Assembly: GCA_964187785.1 (NCBI GenBank)
Contig: OZ076409.1
Location: forward strand, 94,614,001 to 94,678,000
Source of the DNA: Amphiscolops sp. MND2022
Taxonomy: Eukaryota
Length of the DNA: 64,000 bases
Direction of reading: 5' to 3'
Below, piece by piece: positions 36,669 to 50,343 of the stretch. Below the pieces are notes generated by a model, which ran no database searches, had not been told where the DNA came from, and saw nothing but the letters and a program-made list of their open reading frames with translations. Both the position numbers and the translations under genes were made by a program. Positions within the stretch are counted from its first letter, which is position 1, and the number at the start of each line of letters is the position of its first letter.

Positions 36669-38024
36669 AGTAGGGAAATAGGTGTTAGAAATATCAACTT
36701 TCTGTCTATACGACATTGGGTTCTTCTGTAACTTTAATTATGAACGAATTTTAGCAATTGAATGAAAATAAACGTTAGAAAATTGATGATTTCGAAGAGG
36801 TAATGATTCACCGCGATAGTGTTCAATGATAATCGTTTAATGCTTTTTTGGTGTCGGGTCACAAATCCGAAAGAATGAAATTAAATTTTCTCGTCCAATA
36901 AGGTTTCAGAAATCCCAGCGTCGTTCAAACGTAGTTTTCTTCACTCGTCCAATCTGATTGGCGGACGGGGTCAAACCGGAACGAAGTCCGTTCAAAGTTG
37001 AAAAAAATAACTTAGCTTCTTTGCGCCATATCGCGTGTCACGGCGGACTCAAATATTTAGTTATCTTCATCCTATCGATCTCGACTGAAAGTTTTTCATG
37101 GTACTTTCTGTGAGATTTTTTCTCTTGCGGTTGACCTTCGAATTATGGAAAAAATATGGAGATTCGTGTTTGGACAAAATATTAACATTCTTATGGGCAT
37201 TCATGTTTTTTATCCTTATATCTCACAAACATTGAAGTATCTTTTTCATAACTTATAACTCAATGAAATTGATAATGGTTTTATGATACTGAATGGATTT
37301 ATGACGATCAATTTTTAGACTGATTTTCTGGTGTTTTTGCTTTAAAAATTTCTCTATTTCCTCTTTTGTCTTAAACTGTTTACTTCTCGTATGAAAATGA
37401 ATCTTAGGCATTTTATAAAGAAATGGTTTCATTTAACGAAATTATAATTAGCGGCTTACAACGTGACTTAAGTTAGTTTGCATTAAAATGGCAGCAAAAT
37501 TGTTAACGTCTCAGCTGCAAATAGGAATAGAACTGCTTCTTAATGGAACCCACAAAACTAATAATTACCACGTTTCGTCATTCTTTGACCAACAAAGTCA
37601 CACGACATCCGAATCTATGCAAAAACAGCGTAAAACCTTCATGTCCGAAAATGGTCCAAAACGCTGTTCTTACTTTCACTAGAAAATTTATAAAACAAGC
37701 GCCGATTAAAATTAAGCATTAAGTAGCACGAATATTTCGATATTTCTCACAGTACAAATTCTTTATAATTTTTTTACCCGAGAAAAATCATCTAGTGGAC
37801 TCAGAAACAAACAAACTTCTTCATTAAAATCTTTTAATTATCCGTTAATAATACGGACCAACATATATCATAGTCTACTTTGAAAGCAAACATCTACGCA
37901 AGCACAAGTTATCTTTGATTTTCAAAGTTTTCAAATGAAAGTTTTCCGGTTAACATTTCTTTAACAAAGAACACAATCAATTCTCACAAACAGCATCACC
38001 GTGTCTTCTGCAATCGGTCTCCAA

Positions 38025-38798
38025 TCAGCAAGACCAGAAGATCTTTCTGTTCTTAAGAGGTTGAATCCACCTGTAATTAGCTTGTGTCTTCCCACCTTCC
38101 AGGTCTCCTAGACTTCGAAGTTGGTCCATGAATTTCTTGGAAACTTCTACTGGATCCTTGAAAACTATGTGAAGCACCACTTCTGCGAATGGAGGAGTAG
38201 TTAGAGATCCTTGATATGCATAGTACTCAGACACTCCGTGAGGGACCAAGGATCCGAAGTCCAAAGCTGGAATCTGACAGGACCCAGGTTTGAGGACCTT
38301 GTGGATATGTTTCCCGATGATGTCATCAAAAACTGATTTGGCACAGGGTTCGCTTTCCTCAGTTTCTTCCATCATGATGCCCCATACCGCGGCTGCATCC
38401 TCGACCTCTTTTTGCCCGGGAGCCAGTTTGAAGACGAAATGCGTTTCCCCGTCGTGCTGTTTGCCATCCAGAAGATGCTCGCATCCGTACCCCTTCTCTT
38501 CTCCCCAGTGGCTGTGGAAGTGGTCCAAAATGTACTTCCTCTTCAAAAGCGAGCCAGAGAGTTGCCACTTGCATCCGGCTGCGGGAGCCAGAGATAGGGT
38601 ATGTCCGTTGTTAGTCATAGTCCAGTCGGCTTTCGGGTCCCCTTCGATGCATCTCAGGTTGAAATGCGGCAGAAGTTCTTTGGTCGCATCCTTTTCTTTG
38701 ATATCAATGGGAGACTGTCTTTTGCCGTTCACTGACAAAGGAAATTGCTTGGGCCAGCAAAACTGGTTTTTGTGATGCCACGAGTTGTCAAAGCTCAT
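38025..38798 (-). CDS. Intronless alpha-carbonic anhydrase (257 aa, cytosolic type)
   Basis: RQSPIDI, NNGHT (proton-shuttle His), HFHSHWG and ETH (three Zn-binding His), GCEH, YQGSLTTPP, NYR..QPL; no signal peptide. Confidence 0.95.
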   Translation of the reverse strand: MSFDNSWHHKNQFCWPKQFPLSVNGKRQSPIDIKEKDATKELLPHFNLRCIEGDPKADWTMTNNGHTLSLAPAAGCKWQLSGSLLKRKYILDHFHSHWGEEKGYGCEHLLDGKQHDGETHFVFKLAPGQKEVEDAAAVWGIMMEETEESEPCAKSVFDDIIGKHIHKVLKPGSCQIPALDFGSLVPHGVSEYYAYQGSLTTPPFAEVVLHIVFKDPVEVSKKFMDQLRSLGDLEGGKTQANYRWIQPLKNRKIFWSC

Positions 38799-40077
38799 CT
38801 TGTTAGGTCTGAGGAAGTTTTCTTATCGTCTCGAAAGAAATCTGAGGTGGTTTTGTTTTGCTTCTGTAGCAAGCTGATTGACAGAGAATTTAAAGCTAGA
38901 ATGAAACTCCAGCTGAGCTTCGGAGCTTCTAAACTTTCACCGGGAGGTGGTTTCATTTCATCGTCCAATCAAAAAGTGAATTAGTTTCACTAAGTCAGGA
39001 AAGTTCAACCAAAGCTCACGTTTTTACTACAGAGTTTAGCGCATTTTCAGATTTTAAACACACGCCACATTTTCGAGACTGTGGTTTTCAAACACGTTGG
39101 CGACTTGAATGAACTTTCATGGCACAGACCAGTTTCGCCGGTAGATGTTTTGAGTTTGAAGTTTTTCCTAGGCAATATAGTGATTATAAGCAACAAACTA
39201 ACTCAAGTTCAGCCAATCAATTGCCAGAGATAGAAGCTCATGGTTTTTGGTTGAATGGTTTTAATATGAAGCCGATTCATCTGAAAGCATTAGAAGTCGT
39301 TTCAATCAGTATATCGTTTCTATTCAAAAAGCAATCAATTTTAATTATCTATTATCTAATTTCAAGACGCACACAAGATGTAAATACACATATATGATAC
39401 ATTTTCAATGGACGGTTTTTCACGAATCATGTTTTTTTGCGCTTTGTTTCTCATTGAAGTCGAAGATTCGGTCACGCCGGTTTATGGTTCAACGATTTCC
39501 GGTCAAATTTTTAATTTGTTCATGCGGGCGTGTGCATAATTCACAATTCTGACAGGCTGCATTGATGACACAAATTGAAGACAAAACTCGGGGGCGTCAA
39601 AAGGTTTTTCGGGTGCAAATATTGAGCTCTTTACAAACTTGCGTGCGTTCTACTTCAATTATTTTCAAATCTTGATCCGAATTATAATGAAAATATTTCA
39701 ATCGGAATATATCTAAATCAAATCCTAGTTAAGATCTAATGCAATTACTATCGTTAAGTGTTTTTCCTGGCAAAACTCTTTGCAATCTTCCTAGCATTTT
39801 TGCGTTTTTTTGCCAAAATCTGACGTTCAAATTATCTCAGGAAACACAATTACCACTCATTATGACGTTATTTGTTGTGTTATTCTGGAAATCCTACGAG
39901 ACTCATCTATGAAAACGGACTTGAATTTTTGAATTAAATTTGAATTTGAATTTATCTGCTGTTAAATGACAAGAAACACAAAGCTAATACAAATCATATA
40001 CCGTCATCAAATAACAGAACAGACTTCCAAAGGCATATGCCCGCTTAACGGAAGCCTGATTAAATAACATTAATTGA

Positions 40078-40428
40078 AAACAAGACGGGAACGTCTCAAG
40101 TCGGCGCTATATCTAAGGCTCAAAAAGTGCAAAACATTTTTTTGGAAAAAACTTGAAATTTTCGAAAAAAAAATTTCTTTCGGAAAATGTCGCACAGTGC
40201 CGAAAAATGTAAAAGGGCGACCCTTTTTGATTTATAAACACGCATTCTGTAGCAAAATAACAAAAAACTCAAAGGGGGGATCCTTTGGAATAATTTACAT
40301 GCGTTTCCCTGGTATTTAGTTTCCTTTAGTTGAACGTTAACGTTCGTCGCTTCGAGTCTGTCTTAAATAAAAAAAACGAGCGACTGTAATAGTCGGGCTC
40401 TTTTCTTAAGAAAAGCGCCGACTAAAAA
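40078..40428 (+). mobile_element. HINE-like family copy with a clear 3' stem-loop
   Basis: 5' AACAAGACGGGAACGTCTCAAGTCGGCGC; 3' TAGTCGGGCTCTTTTCTTAAGAAAAGCGCCGACTA hairpin; subterminal inverted agtcggcgc/gcgccgact. Confidence 0.7.
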
Positions 40429-42183
40429 CAATCCAAAACATGCAAACAATCAAAGCAGAACGTTGCGCAACCTTTTAAACGAAATGAAAGCCTATGTCAC
40501 AATGGAAACTTTCCGTTTTTACACCTAACTTATCTTGACTTAAAAAATTATGTGAACATTTTTGAGTTGCTTAGGATTTGAAAAATTAAATTATATAAAC
40601 ATTCTTCGCTGACTACCCAGATTGACCGGCCCTCCATGGACATCTTAGCAAGATCTTGCCAAGATTTCGGAGCATTTTGGCTAAGAAGATGTTGCAAAGA
40701 TCTTGCCATTGTGTCCATGTTGTCGCAGAAAACTTTTATCAAAAAAGAAAAGCTTTTATGGAAACGTTTTTTGATGGCCGGGATTACAAGAAAAAATCTT
40801 AAATCAGAAAAAGGCACAAATTGAATAAATATGAATGAGCTGTGTAATAGTGTAGAAATTCTCAAACCGAACGAGTGGGATCTGAAATAATTTCCTCAAT
40901 AATTAAAATACTTTCTGAAATTACTGCACTGATTAGAATCTAAAATACTAAATAAAATTGCAATTTACTAACAATAATTTTTTCCTAGTAATTTACGAGT
41001 AATTTAATTTGTACTGGAGTATCGTGTAAAATGACAGAATTAAGATCTGAAACAGTGGAATAAAATCTTGAATACCACTGGAATACGATCTAGAACCAGC
41101 GGCAAAAGTTCTGAAAACATAACTGGACGTCAGTTCTGAAACAGTGGAATAAAATCCAAAATTACCTAATACGAAATAATCGCATCTAAAATTATTCAGC
41201 GTATGAAAATCTAATATTAATGGAATAAGATCTAAATCACTGGAAAGTATCTAAAAACAGTAATGATTTCCCAGAATTCGGAAGACGGAGCAAAGGTTGG
41301 TAGAAATGAAGTCAACGGGTTCATTACGCTCTTTTCCTATATAATTCTAAAGAATTAGTTAAATACAGTTGAGTTTGAGGCTATTTTTTCTTTCCCCACC
41401 ATAAAAATTTCTGAAAGTAAATTTCCTTGGATAACTCAGACTGAGTAAAAGTATAACCTTATTTTATAACGGGAAGTTAACGTCTTTTAAAATAGGCAAC
41501 TTCATAGGCAAAAACAGCGTGAACAAAGTTTGAAATCTCAATTCTAAATTGTCACCCGAGAAATTAATATAAAATTGAAGGTTTCTGGTTTGTATTCAAG
41601 CCATTTTGTTATAATATTTTCATCTATTTTCCAAAAAATTGTGGTGGTGGGGGGCAATTCACAAAAGGCTTACCTGGGTGGAAAAAATGCATTTATTACA
41701 AGGATCTTGCAAGATTTTCTCGCAAGATCTTGCAAGTTGATGCATTTTTCTGCAAGATATCTTGCAAGATGTTGGAAGGAAAAACATTTCTTTGCAAGAT
41801 TCTTTCAAAGAGGAAAATTTCGTCAAGGGTTCTTGACATAAAAGCTTTTATAGTTTACATCCATTGATTATTGAAGCTTCAAGTTGACTACTGCTTTGTG
41901 ACTATCAGATTGATGCTACAGACTGCCTTTATTTACTCGAAGATTCAACTACCAAAAAGGTGCAAACTCTTGAAATTATCCCGGAAAGTGTGATTTTAGT
42001 GAACTTAATAGAATAGTAATAAACCATTTCAGTGACGGAACATTTAAAACACTGTTTCAAAACACTTTGAAAACATTTTCTGATCAATAGTGTTATGTAC
42101 CGGTTAATGATTTAAAATTAGGCCGTGCATAATTTATTGATTGAAATTATATTTAAATTTGTTGAATTCCCCTTTTGAAACAA

Positions 42184-42720
42184 CCCTGGTTGGAACTGCT
42201 TGAACTTTTGACATGTTTTTGTAGGTTACCAAGCTAATTTTCCATGATTTTATAAAATTATTAAAGAAATGTCCATGCATTAAAACTTCACTGATTCGAT
42301 TTGATTTTATCAAGCTGCCTATAAAATGCATCTTAAATTTGGCGGCAATTCTGCGCCCCGACGTTTTGCAGGTTTCATTAGGACGCCGTTCTAATTTTGA
42401 AAGCAGTTAAGACCTTCATCAATTTTAATGCAAATAAACTTCAGTCACATTATAAGTTTCAAAGTAGCGTCATATTCAGCGTGCTATTTGGCTAACGGTG
42501 ATTACACAAGGTGCTTACATGAGAAACTTACGCGTGAAAACAAAGTGATGGCTGCAGCGAAGAAGTGGAATTGTTATCAGTTTTAATTCAAATAGTGGTG
42601 ACAATAATAGCCATAATAAATTTGGTAATAATCTCCATATTCCTCTAAAGCATACAAAAACATACAAAACATTCGGAACACTTGCTAAACGAAGACATTT
42701 ACAACTATCTGGGCGATTCA
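42184..42720 (-). mobile_element. MITE family with CCCTGGTTGAAACTGCTTGAACTTTT-like TIR (inverted copy)
   Basis: Reverse-complement match to 43180-43684; related copies at about 29915-30460, 33659-34150 and 51290-51830. Confidence 0.7.
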
Positions 42721-42794
42721 AGAGGAAGTCAAGAAAACCTTATGATTTGATAATTCCACGATTGATGCCATAATGCCACGGCACGATCATACCA

Positions 42795-43870
42795 AACAAG
42801 TCAGGACCGGCCCAAGTCGGCGCCATATCTAAGGCTCAAAAATAGCAAAAGGACTTCAAAATGTCAAAGTATTGGTGAATCGTAGACCCTTTTATGAAAT
42901 TATTTTTAATTCTCGCAATGCCGAACAAAATTTAAAGGGGGACCCTATGAGAATTTTCAGCATCCATTTTGTCGCAAAACTCCAAAAAATTGCAGGGGAA
43001 CCCTTTGGGGAAAAATATTTTCCCGAAAAAAAAGTCTCGCAATGCCGAACAAAAACTGAAAGGGGGACCATTTGGTCTCGTCCGGTATTGTATGTTACGC
43101 GGGAAACCTTTTTGGTTCACCCTAGTCGAGATGGCTTGAACTTTTTACATGCTGCTTGGAAACATGCAGGCTAATTTTTTACAAAACATGGAAAATTCCG
43201 GGATCCTGCATGGAAACATTTTGTAGGATTACACAATGCAGCCGCCACTATTTGAATTAAAACTGAAAATATTTCCAATCCTTCACCGCCGCGATCACTT
43301 TATTTTCACGCGTAAGTTTCTCAAGTAAGTTCCTTGTGTACTTATGTAATCACCGTTAGTCAAATAGCACGCTGAATTTTGACGCTACTTTGAAACTTAT
43401 AATGTGACTGAAAATTATTTTCATTGAAAGCGGAATTGAATTAAAATTGATGACGGTCTCAGCTGTTTTCAAAATTAGAACGGCGTCTTAATGAAACCTG
43501 TAAAAGTTTGCGGCGCAAAATTGCCGGCAAATTTAGGATGCATTTTATAGGCAGCTTGATAAAATTAAATCGAATCAGTGAAGTTTTAATGCATGGACAA
43601 TTCTTTGAGAATTTTATAAAATCATGGAAAATTAGCTTGGTAACCTACAAAAACATTTAAAAAGTTCAAGCAGTTTCAACCAGGGCAGTTCCTTGGGTCA
43701 ACGGGTACAATTTGTCGTCGTTTTAAAATTTTGTAGAACTTCTGAGGTAGAACTATTTTGGTCACTTCAGGTGTATCGAAAAAAAAATTTAAAAAATAAA
43801 AATGAAAAAAAAACCTGACGAAAAGCCATGACTATAGTCGGCTCTTTTCAAGAAAAGCGCGGACTAAAAA
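42795..43870 (+). mobile_element. HINE-like copy interrupted by a nested TIR MITE (43120-43684)
   Basis: HINE 5' end at 42795 and 3' hairpin at 43835-43866; nested ccctagtcgag...tttcaaccaggg flanked by CA on both sides. Confidence 0.7.
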
Positions 43871-44471
43871 TCGATCACATCACATATAACATGCAAAAAA
43901 GACTTTGATGGAAATAAGTGTGCAAATAAGCTCTTGAAACTATTGATACTGTCTTTTGTAGGCTCCTTAGTTATTAAATCTGCTTAGAAGTTTTACATGT
44001 CCATTGAGGTTGCCAAGCATTTTAGCATGATTTTGCGAGATTCAGAGAGAATCATTCAAGCTTGAATTTTCCCTGATGCGAGGCTATTTCTTCAGGTATG
44101 TTCCAGGATTTCTATACAATTTGGCGTTGTTCCCTAGATGTTTTTCCCTGAACGTTTTTTGCGCCCCTAAGTCTACATTGGAAGTCATGCTCATTACAAA
44201 TCTTAATGAGTTTTAGAGGTTATTCCTTCAGACGTCATTCGCGCCCCTTTCGCGTGATTCGAGTTGAAGCATGAGTATATTCAATACCTGTTCTCACTAC
44301 AACCGGCTGAATTATATGGCATTTTACAGTTTTTTACTTCATTAATTTCAACAATTACTGGCTGACAGTAACAAAGAAGATGCGTGAATTTTATGACTTT
44401 TTAGTTTCTGTATGACAGTTCAATCTGTACTTTATTTAATATTCTTTATACGTTTTGTTAATTTTTCTATG

Positions 44472-47400
44472 TGTTATAGTGTATCCTTGGAGACTAAGGT
44501 AATACAGTATTCTGTTTAGGTAACGAAGACAAGAGTTTGAGCAAGAAACTATTCTTAACAAAGACCATATGGTGAAGTGGTTCATTGTCTCTTTTTATGG
44601 TCTATGATTCTGCTGGTACTATGGACAAACAGTGGTACATTCAACATCTGATAAATATATTATATATGATTGACAGCTTGATGTTTACAGTTTTAATTAA
44701 AGTTTCTTCAGTTCCTTTTTTATTGATAGCCCTGCCACACTCCTCCTTCTATGGTTTCTTGGCCATCTCTATCGGTATATACTTTAACTCAAAAATTAGG
44801 GCTGGTTTTTTTTCGTGGGTAGTTCTATCGTAAGCTATCATTGCTTGAGGAGATTGTGATGATCTCCAGTTCTACTGCTGTACCATTCTAAACACCACAT
44901 ATCATCACTGCTTCTCCATATTATAGTGGTGCTTTTCTATTCCTTTGCGAACGCCTTTCTCCAGTTGATGAAATGGGCTCGTTATCCGTGTCGGCTTCTG
45001 TTTCACCTCTTTGCTGTTCTGGTGTCTTTTCCAGTGGTTCTTCCTCTGGCTCTGTTTTTGTGGTTTACCCAGTTTACTGTGACTTTTATGGCACTTGTCT
45101 CCGCGGTTTTTCGTTCTCTCCTCTCGTCCTCATATTCGTCCGAGTCGAGAAGGAGTTGTCGCCAATTGTGTAGGCGTTTGAATTCCACTGGGATTCGTTT
45201 AGTTGCTTTCTTTTGTGGCGTTGTTAGGGAAGGAGTAATCTTTGGTTGCGTGGAAATTTCTGGTTCGCGTTCATTTATTGGTTGACTAGTGGTGGCGCAC
45301 TGTGATTGGCTTAGTGCGTTTTGTGGCTTCTTCTGTGATGTGGCCAATTTCCGTGAAGATGCCACTTCACGCTTGCTGTACAGCGTTGGTAGTGACTTGC
45401 CGCGTTCTTTCATTGTTACTGTGTGTTGTGTTTCAGCAACTATTCGTCCCTTCTTTTTCTTGTATGCGTTTTCCAATTTCGAGCCTCTGGCCCGTTCGCG
45501 GATAAGTAGTTCTGAGTCTTGGTCCGCTGGGAGGTCGCTCATTTCCAACTCGATTGTGCTGTCGTTGTCTGAAACAGAGTAGTTAGGTTGACTTGGTTTT
45601 GTAGTTACTATATCTTTGACGGAGTAGGGATTTTACCGAATTGTTTCTGCTTTAAGAGAAGTTTTAGCTACTTACCCACATTCTGACATTCTGGGCAGTG
45701 ATCTTCTCTATTACCTTTAGTTACTATCAGTATGTCGTGCAAGGAAACGAACGTGTTAGCAAGACTGGATAATTCCTTATCCATTGCTTTTTGGAACTCT
45801 GTAGCAATCACTGTGAGTCCGTAACATCCAGTGATGAAGCGATAGATGCCTGTGGCCCTTCCGTCAAGTATTTGGAAATTACAGTGACGTGCGGTTTCCT
45901 TGTCCAATGGTACTTGACCGTAGGCGTAGCGCAAGTCTAGCGAAGTGTACAACGCTTGTCCTTTCGCGGGATTATCTAATTTCTCTGCAACCATGTCTAC
46001 TAGATGCTCCAAACTTGGCATCTGATATTTGACTTTATTGAGTTCGTTTATTAATGCGCGTGCGTCGAGTGCAATTATCACACTTTTATCGCGCTTTACT
46101 GTGATTACAACCGGTTGGATAAATTCTTTATCTGTCACTTCGGTGACTTTCTCAATATGTCCTTCACTTAATAGTCTTTCAATTTCCTCCTGAACAGCCT
46201 CTTGTAATTGAATAGGCACGCGCCTTCCTTTTTGCTGCGTTAATTTAGCGTCCGGGTTAAACTCAATTTTAACTTTATGACCGCGAATTTGTCCTTGTCT
46301 AGTAAAGAGTTCTTCATTTTGTTCTTGCAGTTTAATTTTTTCGTTTTGGTTATCTTTATCATTCAACTTTTCAGTTTTGTTCATTTCACTTGGTTGCCCT
46401 ATTTCACTTGGTTGCCCAGTTTTTGATTTAATTACGTGAATCGTTTGGTTACCTTCGTTTTTATTGGGCGACACAAATTTGTAGTTGAATGCATTCAACC
46501 AATCACGCCCAATTAGCGACTTTGCTCCCTTGTTAGCAATCAATATTCTGGCTTTCTGTAGTTTGCTTTTGCCGACTTCCAAATGACAAAATATGTAGTG
46601 CATATTTTGTCATTTGGAAGTCGGCAAAAGCAAACTACAGAAAGCCAGAAAATTGATTGCTAACAAGGGAGCAAAATTACAGAAAGCCAGAGTATTGATT
46701 GCTAACAATATAGAAAGTTACCCAAGGATGAAGAATATGTGGACTTCAACAAACGAAAACTTCTACTACTGGGTTAGTAACCCAGTAGTAGAAGTTTTTG
46801 TTTGTTGAAGTCTACATATTCTTCATCCTTGGGTAACTCTCTGATGAAGATTGTTTTTCGTTTCATTATTTCCTTATTTCGTCGATAGCAAGTTTTGTTA
46901 CTGGTGATCTGGAATCAACCATTGTTTGGAATTGACTTCCAATAATTTTTCCCTTCATTGTGAATCTTCCATTTTCATCGCCTTCAATTGTGAGCACCAC
47001 CTTCTCATCCTCCACGATTGACTCTTAACCTTGGCTACTTTCACTCCATTCATCTATCCGGTGGATTTTTAGGGGAGGTTTTGCTACTTTTCGGCTTTTT
47101 GCGAATGTTCCAGCACCTCTCGTTTGTTAGCATCTCGCAAAGTGTCCATTCTTGCCACACTTCATGCAAGTTATGCCTATTGCTTTACATTCCTTGAGAT
47201 GTTGTTGGTTAAATACCCCTTCACTTCGAAAGCATTACTTAACCGATCCCCAACGTTTATTGTTTTGATTGATATTATTCACCTCAGTTGCCTCAGTCTA
47301 TATGTTTGGTTTTTCTAACATACCAAACGATTGTTGTCTATACGTGCCTTCCTCGTAGGCGACAGCAAATTGTATTGTCTCCTCAACTGTTGGTTTCGGC

Positions 47401-48220
47401 TCAGTGCATAGCTTTTGTTGGACCTCCTGGTTAACCATATTCACTGTGAATACATCATTCACGAAACTATCCGTTATCCCGCCATAATTGCACTTCACCG
47501 CCAGTCCATTTAGTTCATTCCAGAATTTTCTCAGTGACTCTCTTTCTTTTGGTTTGCGAGAGGGAATTTTGAAACAGTTCAGTGTTTCATTCTTCGGATT
47601 ATCAGAGCAGTCTTTACAGTTCTTTAATAAATCCTGCAGGGAGATAAAAGCGAAATTTGCAGATGGGAACTTGTCGGCAATTGTTTTTCGTCCCGCAGAA
47701 CCCAATGCCAGGTATAACACACTTAAGTTTTCTTGGTGGCTGGTAATTCATCTAGGTCCCCCATTAGGCTTTTATCCTTGTTGGCCGTTTGATTAGTTCA
47801 GTAAGATATATATTTTTTAGCCATCAATGCCACTTCAAATAAGTCTCGCCATTTCTCCCACTCGAGGGTAGGGCTTTTGGATGCATCTTGCCAGTATGTC
47901 GGGAGTCCCACAATTGCTTGTGGGCCCCCAGAAGGTTCAGGCCGCAGCGCCATATTATAGTGTATCCTTGGAGACTAAGGTAATACAGTATTCTATTTAG
48001 GTAACGAAGACAAGAGTTTGAGCAAGAATCTATTCTCAACAAAGACCATATGGTGAAGGTGTTCATTGTCTCTTTTTATGGTCTATGATTCTGCTGGTAC
48101 TATGGACATACATTGGTACATACAACATTTGATAAATATACTATATATGATTGACAGTTTGATGTTTACAGTTTTAATTAAAGTTTCTTCAGTTCCTTTT
48201 TTATTGACAACCCTGCCACA
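44472..48220 (-). mobile_element. Internally deleted Ty3/Gypsy LTR retrotransposon
   Basis: 268-bp LTRs at 44472-44739 and 47953-48220; TSD CTATG; PBS TGGCGCTGCGG; PPT AGAAGGAGGAG; gag remnant (47298-47720); protease-RT remnant (LIGRDWL, SLDLRYAYGQ, YxDD decayed to SLHD); no RNase H or integrase seen. Confidence 0.93.
45668..46603 (-). pseudogene. Gypsy protease/RT remnant
   Basis: QQKGRRVP, FIQPVVITVKRD, YTSLDLRYAYGQVPL motifs; catalytic DD lost. Confidence 0.85.
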
Positions 48221-48674
48221 CTATGTATACATTTGAACTCGTTGATCTCAATATAACGGAATTCATAAATACTTTAGATCTAAAACTAATGGATTTCTTG
48301 GATATTTTAGATCTTCATTTTCTTATACTTTCGTATATTTTACATCTTAAATTAACGGAATTTTTGGATCTTAAATTAACGGAATTTTTGTATCTTAATT
48401 TTTGGATCTTATTTTAGATCTTGCATTAACGGAATTTTTGGATACTTTAGATATGTGGACGAAATCAACTCTGAATAAATTTGAGCGAATTTTTGATCGA
48501 AGTAATTAAAAATCAAAAATGCATTTTTGTAAGAATTTTTGTATGAAGGACGCAAATTCTGCAAAAATTTTGCAAGAATCTTTTAAGAAATGTAGTGCTA
48601 TGTACGAATCTCGCCAAAATTGCGATTCTCTTGCAAACTTGTAAGATTCTTGAAAGAAATGCAAAGTTTGCATG

Positions 48675-49588
48675 AATTTCAGAAGAATTTTGTAAGACTC
48701 TTGTAAACTAAGGTATGCCATCATCAGCTCAATTTGTGTGAGTCACGCTAAGCTATTTCAGATACTTGTTCAATTAGATACAATTGCAATGCGAACATGA
48801 AGGTGTGGTCATTCTAGGGCGCTTTTGGTGGACGTCACGTTTTTTGGCACGTTTATTGCTGAGTTTGGGATGGGGCAGGCATTTATAGACTACTGTCTTT
48901 GTTAATCCGTTGCCAGCTTTGTTTGCTTCAGAACTTGTTCACAACTTCAAACTTGATAAATCTCGCAGAGGCGGCTGGGCGGGAAGGGGTTGTACCCAGG
49001 AGATAATCTTCACAAATTTAGAACAAAAACAATCTCAGGGACAACACCCAACTCCCACCCTTGGTTTCTGTATGCATCATTCACGTTTTGAATGAATCAT
49101 GCATGCAGCATTGAAAGATTCGCAGTTTACTTTTGTCACTGAAAAGTTTGCATGAATTTCAGTTCTATTTAAAAACTGAACGACCCGATTCTTTATACCC
49201 AAAAAGCCGTAATTTGATCGCTTTTTGATGTATAGGTTCTGTTCTGCTTTTTATTTCCGATATTGATAATGTGAATACAACTTAAAAGCCTCAGAATGCA
49301 TGCGGCCTTTAGAACAATAAGACATAGGACATACAACTGACGTTGTTCCATCTAAGATTTCTGATTTTCGTTAAAAACACTCTTGCTGATTAAGCTAAAA
49401 AATTGAATGCGATTGTAACTTTCATTTGCTTCTCTTTGGCAAGAATAAAAAGTATATCAAAATGTATGATATCAAAAGCTTTCTTCATATCATTCATTTT
49501 TGCAACCGGATTTTCTAACGGTGCTCTAATTGAGCTGATGATGGCATACCTAATTTACAAGAATCTTACAAAATTCTTCTGAAATTCG
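48675..49588. repeat. Element with ~60-bp inverted arms
   Basis: gaatttcagaagaattttgtaagactcttgtaaactaaggtatgccatcatcagctcaatt (48675-48734) is inverted at 49528-49588. Confidence 0.65.
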
Positions 49589-50270
49589 TACAGATTACTT
49601 TCCTTTACTGAACACAAAACGGGAACGTCTCGAATCGGCGCACCGCCTGAAGTCCAAAAAGCGCAACCTCTTCAAAACACAGAGGCGAAGCCGTGCTTCG
49701 CAAACACTTGCGAACTTTTGAAGAAAACCAAATAAGCAATATCATACGGAAAACCAAGGGTAAAAGGAGATTAAAATTTCATCAATTTTACAGCGCCAAA
49801 AAATACCCGAAGGGATACGCGTAAGCCTCGAAAACCATTCTTCCCCAACTGAAAACAGCAAAAAACCCATTCTTTCTCAACAGAAAACCTTAAACAGAAA
49901 ATAGAAGAAAAAAAATTCAAAAATTTTTCGAAAACATTTTTGATGGTCTCCGGTAAGTCGCAAAGCCTTGAGGAGTCCTCTCGCAAAACGTTTCGTTTCT
50001 TGTAAAAATTGAGCAGGGGCAAATTTTTTTTGAAGTTTCCGCTAAGTCGCATAGTGCCGAAAAATGTGAAAAAGGGACCCTTTAGGATTTTTTAACATTC
50101 GTTCTCTTGCAAAATATCAAAAAAAATGAAAGGAGGACTCTTTGGGGACATTTAAAAAATTTCGAAAAAAAAGTCTCACAAAGCCGAAAAAAAGTCTCAC
50201 AAAGCCGAAAAGTCTCATAGTGCCGAAAAAAGTCAGAACCTTCTGCTTCGGAACACTTGTAAAAAAATTA

Positions 50271-50343
50271 GCGCATACCCACGGGTTCGAACACGAAACC
50301 TCTGGGTTGAAAAGCAAGCATCTTACCACTAGACCACGAACGC
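50271..50343 (-). pseudogene. tRNA-derived (SINE-like) segment inside a HINE-like repeat
   Basis: A-box TGGTCTAGTGG and B-box GTTCGAACC; TTC at the anticodon position but stems are broken. Confidence 0.55.

Noticed and set aside
50271..50343. Functional tRNA-Glu gene
   Set aside because: Acceptor, anticodon and T stems are broken, and it sits inside a dispersed repeat
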